From Tubulanus polymorphus (Eukaryota > Animalia > Nemertea), in assembly GCF_964204645.1 (NCBI RefSeq), contig NC_134025.1, positions 13,392,001-13,456,000 on the forward strand: DNA of 64,000 nt, written 5' to 3'. Each line of letters begins with the position of its first letter. Positions within the stretch are counted from its first letter, which is position 1. The notes under the pieces are model-generated. The model did not search any database. It had not been told where the DNA came from and saw only the letters and a list, made by a program, of their open reading frames with translations. Positions 27,430 to 38,497 of the stretch are shown piece by piece. Both the position numbers and the translations under genes were made by a program.

Positions 27430-29095
27430 TAAGAGGCATAATCAGCATCGGTATGACGGCAGCAGGTCCCTTGAAACCTACGACAAATATTCAGACATCC
27501 ATCAATCATCCACACTCAGTCACATCTGATTCAAATTCTCAATGGACAAATAACAGTTTACGCAAGCATGGAGACAGGGCAGTGTAAGCAAATCAGAAAT
27601 TAGTAATATAAAGCAACTCCGCGCCTAATCAAATCAGAAATCGTATAAAGATCATATGCTTGCATCTCCATATAAAGTGTCAAGTTTGTTTATTTAGAAG
27701 ATGGCTCAGAGACCTGCATGATTCCATTAGTGCCACTAAGCTTTACTGATCTTTGTAGATTTGTGAGTATTGTCAGAATGATTACTCCAACACACACCGC
27801 AATTGCAACACTAGCTTAGAAACCCCCATGATTTTCAAAGCACTACTAGCGTTTCGATTGCTATGACACATTCAGGCAGTATAGGTACATCTCACATGTT
27901 CTCTAAATACCAAACACATCCCGAAACAGAAAAGAGGATTAATCATTGAGCAAAAATCTTCTTATCAGCAAATGCCTTTAGCAGCTCGTAAATGATATTT
28001 TGTCATTGAATGAGAAAGTATGGCCCACGTGCTCAATGACAATGATCATGTCTATTCACCTTATGTACTGAAGTCATTTTTCCATTTTTACTTACTTTTG
28101 AAAATAAAAAAAAATGCAAAAATCACTTGGGAATAAAGTTGTCATGCGTCAAACAAATACAAGATATCAATTGAATCTTGAGCTGAGCAAAAACCAAATG
28201 TTAATAGATACATCCAGGGGAGAGGGTAAGAGAGGAAATAGTATCTTCATGAATTTGGATGTTGTATGCGTGTCAATCGTAAAGTGGATCCAGGCAGCAG
28301 ACCTCTAGCCAGCCATGTCTTAGGGGAGTTCGATTTTCATGAAAGTGAAACTTTGTTCATGGAAACGTTGGGCCCGCCTGCGTAGAAATACTCGTGTAGA
28401 AATTTTCACAACTTCTAGCATATCAAGGGTGAAAATTATGATTTTTTTCTGACAATTTGGCCTTAAATCAAATAAATTTGCAAGCATGTGCATATTTTGA
28501 ACGAAAACAAATGAAAAAGTGTAACAATTAGTGAATCTTTTGAAATGGATGCTCAAATTTTTTTAAGGCCAGTATCTGAGCAGAACTTTGTCAATGAAGG
28601 GAGTTCAAACTCCTGAACCACCCTAAATATGGAGCTGGGCGGGTGCAATGGGTTATAATTTGATACCTCAGTGGCAATTTTTATTCATAAAACAGGATGT
28701 TACATGTATTCATGAAGTTAAAAAAAAAGACTTTAAGGACGTTCATGTACCAAAATTGAGGGCATTCATTATAAAACTTCAATCCATCAAAGTCATACTT
28801 AAATTGAGGCCTAAATAAACACATTCAATCAATCATAATCCATCAAGCATGCTTTCACTAAATAAAAATTTCATTTGGCAAGTAGATCATCATTCTATTA
28901 GATATGCACGAAGATTTGATTTTAAGATATATAATACATCATCATCTGGAAACTTCATATGTCTTATCAATCTAATAGGGCTCAGTACCAAGTATCAAGA
29001 ATTTGTTACCATTCCAAAAGCAATCATTTCCAATCTTTGCTAAAAACTGATCTAAATACATCTTCACCCGTCAAGGGATTCGAACCCACTCTGCT

Positions 29096-29377
29096 AAAGC
29101 CATTCTCCGGACCCCTTGACCTCACGAGTCGTTGGAGTCGTTACTAGCTGACCAGAGTCAGGTCGGGCCAATCAGAGCGCTTGTTACAAACGACATTAGG
29201 CATCTATGGAATTTCCCGGTAAATGGACCAATCAGCGAACACGTAGCGAACGCGGAAGTATTGTCGCTTGTTGATATATGACGTCATGCGCAACAGCGCC
29301 AGTAATGAAATCACGCTTCGTGAGGCCAGGGGGCTGGTGGAAGCGAGTTCGGGAGCGATAACGGACCCCTGGCAAGC
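29096..29377. repeat. Dispersed palindromic-ended repeat (copy 1), abutting a minus-strand tRNA B-box
   Basis: Collinear with 46473-46746 (shared GAGTCGTTGGAGTCGTTACTAG and GGGCTGGTGGAAGCGAGTTC). Imperfect inverted ends. GGATTCGAACC at ~29075-29085. Confidence 0.65.
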
Positions 29378-32300
29378 AAGGATGATCTAAATAACGGTTA
29401 AGTTTAATTTCGCAGAAAAGACTATGATAAAAGGCAGTGCTTGCTGGAGTTGGGGAAAAGATTATTGGGTGAACCCTCCTCCCATCTGAGATATACACTT
29501 CAAGCCATTATTATCGACTACAATCACTGCAGCGCATACTATATGCATGGCCAATCTTTATTTCAGTGCTCGTCTTTTTATGATTTGATCCTTCGTTTAT
29601 TTACATATGGTAATTCCTGTTGTTGCGTCACCGCCAAATGTGACGGTGCATCATTTCCACGTATAATGAATCGTATCAATAATCCAGAGGCCATATGCCG
29701 GTGACCGTCCTAGTGTGATGTACTGGCCAAAACTATTTGCATGGAATAATCATGGGAGTAATTGTTTGAAAGATTTTCCGCTTTATCTAATCATCATTCA
29801 GGCTAAACCTAAAGCAAATGATGAACATTTATGTTGAGAGAAATGTTTTTGGTTTTCATTTCTCAGATGGAGAACATTGTCGTTTACGTGTACACCTATC
29901 TAGAGAAGACTGCAGCGCAAAATGAAAATTTGCCATTCATTCCTACTCCTGTTGTTTTTCAGTATAATGCTTAGTTAAAATTCCCATTTTTCCTAATTAT
30001 CTCATAAAAAAACATTTTTCATACAGCTATCAGTATAGCATCTAACATGGAAGGGAGCTGCCATTTTGCGAACTCCAAAGCCAGGCATGTAAACAATGAT
30101 GACTTAGTTTTGACCCACCACACACTCAGCGTTGTACACAAATAAATACACACATCTAAAATCCTGGCAACAATATTGCTGCCAACATTGTCTCCAATTC
30201 TACTTTTCATTCATCCACCCACTTGTTGAAACATTGTCAGTGCAACTTTATTGAACTGTTGTTCGACTTGAAATGATAAAAACACATGAAGAATAACAAG
30301 ATACACCTAGCGAATACTACGTCACACTGTCGCGGAGAAAATAGCAGCTGCTATATGGAGGTAATGGTGGCAACTGCAGGCTCAATGAAACAATCTTTTT
30401 GGATCATATAACAGATGAAACGTTCCTCTGCTTTCGAACACATAAAGATATTCAAAAAATTTCACTGCGGACCCCCTTTAAACTGAACAATATGCTTACA
30501 CTACAATTTCAACTGGTAGTCAACAAGTAATCGAGAACAATTTGGTTGATATGTTTGAATATGGCAAATTTTATACAATAAGTGTTTCCCGCAAATTATG
30601 CAAATTATGGCTCTCCTATTTTCAGTGAGCTGGTAAAATTATTTTAAGCCTTAAAATGGAGTTTTTCCTAATCATTGAAATATTTGATTATGCTCTGGTT
30701 ATTATATAAAAATACTACAATCATCATTTATTGCTGCTCTAGGATCAAAAGATTTTTAATGAGCAAAAGCATAAAAATCCTGAAGCACTCACCAGCATTC
30801 ATTGCAATCACACAAAAAATCAAATGAATTAAATCACAGATAAGAAGCAAACGCTATCAGATTTCTTTCCACAATTATACTGTAGGCTATTTACATTTTC
30901 ATTTCATTTCACCATAATTAAAACTGGAATTGGCCATCATTTTGCTAAACTGCCATATTCAATGCCACAAGCGACATTTGCTAATGATGATGGAGAAACT
31001 TCACACTGATTTTGCCAACCTAATCTCTACTGGAAATCTGTCACACGTGAAACTCCGACGTTATCATATCTGCAAAACGTTCGCTGAGTGTTACAATGGG
31101 AGAGAGGAAGAGAAACCAGTAAAGTTGTAGTGAAAATCTGAGAGAATTTCACTTTCTTGACAAAGACTAATCAGACGATGCATTTGATGCTTTAGATCTC
31201 TATTCTGGGAGGCATTGCAGGAAATCGATATGAGTGGCACACTGTAAATTTTTCGATAAAAGAAAGCAGATGGTCTTTCATACAACTGGCATCAGTGACG
31301 ACAAGGCACATTGATTCAGGGTGGGGCTTAACCAGTAGGACAGGGACATCCTACCTATAAACTATTTTGCATTTGCTAGCCACAATTTTGTGAGGGTACT
31401 TTTACCCTGCATTGTTTGGGTATTTTTTCTCTTTTCTAAACACTATTTGGAATGCGTGTTTATTATATTTCACTGGTCCTTTGATGGATTTTGACAACTT
31501 TGGCAACATTCAAAGCATATCAATCTCTAGTTTTCAGTTATTGAAATTAATTTCTTAAATTTGCAACAATGCAGCATGAGTGATAAAACGTATAAAACTT
31601 CATGGTACTTAACTTAAGAATTTTTCAAAATAACTTTTGAAAAATTGCATGAACTGCGCATAGACGCCAACATTGGTAGTGCTATAGTCATGTACTTCAA
31701 ACTTTCATAAATTACCAAACTTTAAGGTTGGCAGATAGCAGATATATATTAATGGTGTGAATACCCTTTTTACTAGATGGATATGGCTCACCCCTTGTAT
31801 TCTAGTTGAACAGGAAAGATTAAGAACCCAAAGACACAGTCTTTGAGTTGGAACAAGCTTGAAATTGTTAAAATGGACTTTGAGATGTTTTAATGGTGCT
31901 AATTTGAGAACTCATTAGACATATTACTGTAGTAGAAAGAAGTTCTAAATCATCGTTGTCGACAGCATGGTCTTGTCGGAGGAGTTTTCATTAATAATTC
32001 GACGATAAAATCAATCAGAAGCTGGTACAGTTTTCAATTTTTAGGACAGACTAAACTAGCCTTGTTTACTGACCAAGATATGAACTATGTAAGTTGTTAC
32101 AGGACTGCGTCAGTGGTTTTAATAGTTTGATGATAGGGCATTTTTATGTAAGCCTGAGGCCACAGGCTTCTCAATCTGATTATAGAAGCCTACCACCAAC
32201 GATTAAGTGGCTAACTACGTCTTCACTTGACAAACTTCCTCAGCATCAAAGCTTGTTTGATATAAGGTCTGTGATAATTGATGATTTGCCAAGTGAAATA

Positions 32301-35257
32301 CTTTGCTTGCTACTTCGCTTGCCACGGATCTTGCAGAATGATAAATCCTCTGAGGCAGGTGACCTCCTGGGCAGTGCTCTGATGGGTCGACTTAAACTAA
32401 ATCAAAACTAGGGGTCCAGGGACACCATGTCCATTTGGTGAAATGCTTGACTATTAGAATATTCACGCCTTTTTTGTGAACTGACCAAAATCATAGAACC
32501 CATCATGACCTACGATTTTTCAATATATTGCGGTTACAAAATATGCATTGGTATCTATGGAAATACCATGTTATTTTACTATTCAATATCCCTGGTGAAC
32601 ATATACAGAAGCCAGGTTTGAAACTCACCATTATCATAGCGCATGTCATGAACTACAATTCTGCAAATGACTGTGGTTACAAAATATGCCTAGGTAACAT
32701 TACACATTTGAATGTCGTTAATACGATACTGTTAACCCATTAGCACTAAGGAATTTCACTATGTTGTATCAATTACTCCTCAGAAAATTCGAGGGAAAAT
32801 CCAAGTTTATCACTATAGTGAATAGCTCATTTGCCGTTTATTTTCATGCATTACAATTTCTTGTTATTTTGTAGTAAATAGTCAAGGCTTTCATATGATA
32901 TATTTGATGAGGTGGGACACCAAAATCGTGTCCTTTTGGCCCCGGAAATTGATCCCAACATACTTGGATTTGAAGTGAGCATTCAGATCTGTGATGTTCT
33001 TACTCCAAATACCAGAGAATTTCAAATAGGAAGATGTTGATTTCTGTACAGTATTTCGAGGACTCAGGTGTCTAGTTTATCATAAGCTATTGGGTTTGAA
33101 TCCCACTCTAACCGTTTAGGTGCAATTTACGAAAAAGGTATCAGGGCCGATTCGGGTGGCTTGAGGAGTAATAGGCAGGGCGGATACTGGTAACTTGGGT
33201 TAAAGACATTATTAAAATTTCTCCTGAAAACCTAAAAGATGTGCACAAGTGCTGATTTTGGAGTATACCTAAGACTGACAGTGAGCCATTTTGGGCTGCA
33301 GGTGTGTGTAGTGTATATACATGCATAAACCAGATATCAAGAGACAACATTGATTAGAAGTGTCTTTAGAGTACCACCAAAAATAATTGGATTCTTTCTA
33401 TGGACAGACCACAGATGAAAAGTTAAGACAATAGCCTACTTGAAATAGTCCCAAGCAGGCTAAAAAGTCCTGGCATGCAGTGAAAAGTGGTGATCCTCAA
33501 TGTGACCCAGTCTTACACCAAATTAATCGGCAATAAGGTGCATTTACATTCTCTATCTGACAGTATGGACATTGCAAATGTTTAAATAACATCAAAATGT
33601 TAACTTTGTATGTTTTGTAATTTTGACTAAAACTCTTATTTTCGACAAACGTTAATTTCGAGGCCTGCAACCAGTCTAATACACATACAGATTGAGATAT
33701 GATGTCATCATTCATCCGATTGAATAATAGCAATGGAATTTGGGTTCATTGAGAGTCCGACATTTATTCGACGTTTGTTCAATTTCATTAATATTCCGTC
33801 AGTACAGGATAGAACATTGATACGGAAGTTCAAAAATCTGTTTCATTAGGCTGTCTATTAAAAAGCGATAATGAATTGATTCATGTACGGCAGGCAAATA
33901 GCATCGTATGGACATCATATTGATCGTATGCCTGTCGAATGCCTCACCATGGGGGGATTCAGGTCATTCATTGACACCTGCATTAATGTTTCTACGTTAT
34001 TTTGATTGGTGACCATCTACAGTAAGCTTTCACTGACAAAAACTAGCAGACTTTATTGCACTCAGTTGCTGGAAATGGAATCAAACGAGTTGCAGCCAAG
34101 ATAAGGTGGGCCAGGATCAGTTTCTCATCAGTTTCTCATCAGTTACATCAGTATGCACCACATTGCGGCTTGAATCAAGCGAGCCTTAAGAGAGAAGTTA
34201 GAAAAGAGAATGTAAAAAGAACTGGTCAGATGTGATTAATAACATCCCTATTTGCTGTAGAAATTGTGCCCAATAAATATTTACAGCTGTCCAATAAAAG
34301 ATATTCTGTCAGAAGCAAGTGAATAGTGATATATAGTTCATGGATGTTCGTACAAGCAGGGAGGCACCTCCATGGTCCAAGTAATCTTGCAAGAATTAAC
34401 AGACAAAATCAATATATACTACACGTACAATAACACTTTGATTACTTCATAATCATTACTCCAAGAACAAGAACAACACTCGCCATCCATACCACCACCT
34501 CAATGAGGACTTCATAATTATCCATCACCAAGGGACCATTTCGCACACGCAGAATCCACATTAGTTTTGCAGCCATTGATAGATTTCTTCCATAATTAGA
34601 TGAACACAGTCAGTGAATTCCAGAAAATATGGAGGAACACTTTAAGGTCAAGAGGTAGGCAGCTTAACGGTCGAATTATAGTGAATAATGAATATGTTAA
34701 ACCATCAAGGCAAAAAATGAACACTTGCACTTGGCTATTGCAGCCCCCAAATAGCATTGACTTCACACGATAATTAAGTAAAGATTACAGTGTAGAGAAG
34801 GGTATTACCAAATATTTTTGATAAAGGAGCTTTATCTAAAAGTAGAATAAACATACTCTTCAGATGTGGAAAATATAAAATGAAATTCAAACCCACTCTA
34901 TAGAAATTTAGAAGATTAAAAAAAAACAAAATCCCGCTATTTAATCAAAAATTGAGACACAATGCTTCAGACTCTCCTAGGGACAATCACCAGGTATGGA
35001 GCTTAAGGTGTAGGGCAGACCTGACAACTGTTTGTAGGAATTAAGTGCCTGAAACATAGTATCTTTTCATATTATCACAGAAGGTCCATGTAACCTAAAC
35101 TGCCCCAGTGATAGAGCATTTTCACTTGGAAAAGTGAAATTGAAGTCAAGACACTAAGCATGGTTACATGAACTGTATCAATGTAGTTCATAATCCATGT
35201 TTTATCTTAGGCCTATTTTTTCAAGAAGACTTGAAAAAGGAAACAGCAAGTTTGTCA

Positions 35258-36238
35258 GATTGTAGGAAAAAAGTCCCCTAAGTAAAAATCCCCCCTGCAG
35301 TTGAATTTCATAACAAAATTAACCGATACTCTAATGTTGATTATGAAAAGAACAAGATCCATTTCACAATCTTAATTGCACTACTTTATCAACTCTAGAT
35401 CCAGTCCTTCAATACTGTAAAATGTGATCACTTAAAGCATAATAAGGAATATTTTCTTTAGGGACAATATTTTGATTCTAGGGCAGGCTGTCAAGCGGCG
35501 ACTTTGAAAAAAGTAGGGAGAAAGGCAGGACTAAATCATTTTAAGTAGGAATTCTACATGGATGGACATGGCATACAGTAGGAGTTATTCACTCGCAAAT
35601 GTTCCGTTTCACCATGAACTCTATCAATGGTTTCACTTATGTTACAGGGATGACTCATCATCCTCAGGTATCATTTTCTGGTAATGCTGTCATCAAAACA
35701 TGCTGCACCTTCACAGGTATTGGCATTATCTTCTTAGGTGACAGTATCAGAGATCTGAAACACACTGACATTCAGAATAGATGGATGTGGATAGACATTT
35801 TTTAGAAAATGTAGGGAAAATTTGAAAAAATACCAATTTCACTAAAAATTAAGAATACGTAGGGAACGCACTTTTGGCAGGGAAAATTAGGGAATGTAAG
35901 GCCACTTGACAGCCTGCTAGGTATGAGTTAGTTGATTGAATTCAATCATTCAAAACAAACAATTTCTACTTAAGAAAAATTAACTTCCTTGACTTTATGG
36001 GTACTTACTGATGTGTAAATTGACTTCTTTGAATTGATAGCCCTTAAACTTGATGAAGGCACTTAAAATTATCGAGCGATAAAAATGAATGTTTTAATGT
36101 AAGTTTGGGTTTTTGTCACAAAGACATAAATCAAGCAATCCCCGGACAGATTACCTATGTCTAATAAAAAACTGAATTTTAACCAGGGGGATTTTTACCT
36201 AGGGAGGATACTTACTGGGGGGATTTTTACTAGAAATC
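35258..36238. mobile_element. MULE-like TIR element with GGTAAAAATCCCC subterminal repeats (decayed), with a nested hAT MITE
   Basis: Left end GTAGGAAAAAAGTCCCC/GTAAAAATCCCC; right end GGGGATTTTTAC repeats. Same family as 52519-53213. Confidence 0.5.
35484..35916. mobile_element. hAT-type MITE
   Basis: 16-bp TIR CAGGCTGTCAAG(C/T)GGC with one mismatch; internal GTAGGGA repeats; flanks share CTAGG only. Confidence 0.6.
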
Positions 36239-36481
36239 TATCTAACCATAGGGAGGGGTGGTAGATTTGCAGTTACCAGTTTTTCGTGTACTTTGGAAAT
36301 TATATTCCTACCCAGTATGTAAGAACATGCCTTAACACGGTCATGGGCAACTTACTGCATGTGAAAGACAGACTAAATACTCTTTATACAATATTTCAAA
36401 ATAAACAATTCAACTATTTTTTCTACAGCCCAATTAATGGACTGAGGAGCGAATGGGTATTTTGGTAGCATATTGTGGTTA

Positions 36482-37555
36482 CTAGGTTGGCGATGTTACC
36501 AAAAGTGAGTCACTAGTTTTCGGTTCTTCATTACAATTGTTCGTATTTGTTAAATACAATCGAATATTTCCATTGTTTTGTTGGTCGTTGACATCGTAGT
36601 TGGGATGCTTCAGGTATTTCAGACATTTACTTAAATCCAGACAAGCATCTCGAATCGAACGATTCATACCACCGTAGATTATTGGGTTCAGTGAGGACGC
36701 TATTGCATACAAAGCAGTAACAATTACATATGCGTCGGGACTCAGTTGCCCGTCGCGGTCTGCCACACGGATCATTCCGTATGGGATGTATCCGATAAAG
36801 AACACTAAAAATACAACTGCAAACATTTTTGTAATTTGTATCTCATGCTGGACAGTTCGGTCGCGCATGCGAGATGTGCGGCCAGCTCGATGTATGAAGC
36901 AAAATATCACTGAGAAGCATATTGACACTACCATAAAAGGTATGAATATGATTACGGTTAAAACAGCAATCGTACGTTGCCCATACACGGGTGAAAACAC
37001 GCATCGCAGAAGTTTCGGCACATAAATTGTCATATCGATAATAAATGCAGGAATAACGAAGCAGAGAGGAATTATTCGGGTGACAACCATCACTACTGCT
37101 ACGTAGACCTGTTTTGATAGGCGTCTGTACATATTGTTTTGGCAGACGACAATATAGCGATGTATCGCAATGAATGCGTGATGCCACAGTGACGATCCAG
37201 CGATGAACATGCTGAATTCTGGCACAACAGCGCACAGCAACTTGCCCATTCGCCAGTCCATTTCGATGTATGACAATATGACAAACACCTGGTTGAAAAG
37301 GTTCAGCAAATCGTTGATACACAAACTGACAATGAATATGTTGACAACTTGTCCTCGCATGTCTGTGCGCCGAAGCAGACCCGTCAAAATCCATATTGTT
37401 CCGAGAATTCCAACGAGTAAGAATACAGACATAATTATGACCGCAATAACTGCCACAAGCCTTGTAGGTATCATTTCAGGCACAGTAGCATTTTCAGTAG
37501 TTTTTACTGGAAGCCTAATATAAGTCATGTTTTCTGTTGATCCGTTTTCATCCAT
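36482..37555 (-). CDS. Class A (rhodopsin-like) GPCR with an intronless CDS, moody/melatonin-receptor/GPR84-like
   Basis: 357 aa from ATG 37555 (the track extends it to GTG 37564). Seven hydrophobic segments; N-terminal sequons NGS, NMT, NAT; TM2 NIFIVSLCINDLL; TM3 IAIHRYIVVC; TM6 FLVFFIGYIP; TM7 SSLNPIIYG. Confidence 0.92.
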   Translation of the reverse strand: MDENGSTENMTYIRLPVKTTENATVPEMIPTRLVAVIAVIIMSVFLLVGILGTIWILTGLLRRTDMRGQVVNIFIVSLCINDLLNLFNQVFVILSYIEMDWRMGKLLCAVVPEFSMFIAGSSLWHHAFIAIHRYIVVCQNNMYRRLSKQVYVAVVMVVTRIIPLCFVIPAFIIDMTIYVPKLLRCVFSPVYGQRTIAVLTVIIFIPFMVVSICFSVIFCFIHRAGRTSRMRDRTVQHEIQITKMFAVVFLVFFIGYIPYGMIRVADRDGQLSPDAYVIVTALYAIASSLNPIIYGGMNRSIRDACLDLSKCLKYLKHPNYDVNDQQNNGNIRLYLTNTNNCNEEPKTSDSLLVTSPT

Positions 37556-38226
37556 GATGATCACTTGTCCTACCCTATTCCAGTTCCTGCTGTTTTAGTT
37601 GTTTTTCTTGGTTCGTGCATTTATTTACAACATTTTGTATGCCTTTTTGTTTTTGCAAACATCATTGATGGATGAAGGAAATTCTTGAATCTGCAAATAT
37701 ATGAAAATGAAATTTATCTGATTAATATATCGAAATAAGAGCTGAACCCATAAGTAATACGTTATTATCAAGATATTCCTATACAGGTTTATTTCATGAA
37801 CATCTGCTTTGTGGGACATGCTCAGAATAAATGATTTAAAACTCAAAATTGTATATGAAATACCTCCCTGGTAATGTTATGATTGATGGAGCATCAATTG
37901 TCCGGGGAATGAAAATATAGGTTTGCCAAGCAAAGAGCATCCCATTATAAACGTGATTTCAATGCAGAATTTCATGTGATTTCAACCTGTGGTGTTCTGA
38001 GTTTTTTAAGCAAATTTCATTTATATCTCACTTTATTGAGTTTCTGCAATTGCAGTACACACTGCAGTACACACAATTGCAGTACAAATTTTAGTTATAT
38101 TGAATCTTTCAATCCTGTGTTCCATTTTGTGTCATGATTTTATGATCTGGAACATTCTGTAATGAGTTAACCCTTCCGGCACATAAATGAATTTGAAATT
38201 ATACGATCAAATTAATTATTACGAAA

Positions 38227-38268
38227 CCACAACGTTTCGGCTGTTGACTAACAGCCATCATCAGGTGG
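38227..38268 (-). ncRNA. Minimal type I hammerhead ribozyme (inverted pLTR copy)
   Basis: Reverse complement is CCAC-CTGATGA-T-GGCTGTT-AGTC-AACAGCC-GAAA-CGTT-GTGG, identical to 41110-41151. Confidence 0.85.
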
Positions 38269-38497
38269 AATGACCAGAAAAACAAGTAACAAAGCATATA
38301 AACTCACAGGATCAAAATTCTAGGACGACAATATAGCGATGTATCGCAATGAATTCGTGATGATGGCTGCTAGTCAACAGCCAAAACGTTGTGGTTTCGT
38401 AATAATTAATTTGATCGTATAATTTCAAATTTGAAGTGTGGGATTTCTTCATTTATCTACAGTTTACACGGATTATAGTGTTTATTCGACAACTAAC

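Noticed and set aside
36786-37523. Overlapping ORFs (79-183 aa) on both strands of the GPCR
   Set aside because: Shadow frames of the GPCR CDS with no recognisable motifs.
38358-38400. Hammerhead in the 5' direct pLTR as an active ribozyme
   Set aside because: The stem I 5' arm and first core C are replaced by the captured GPCR sequence, and GAAA is mutated to AAAA.
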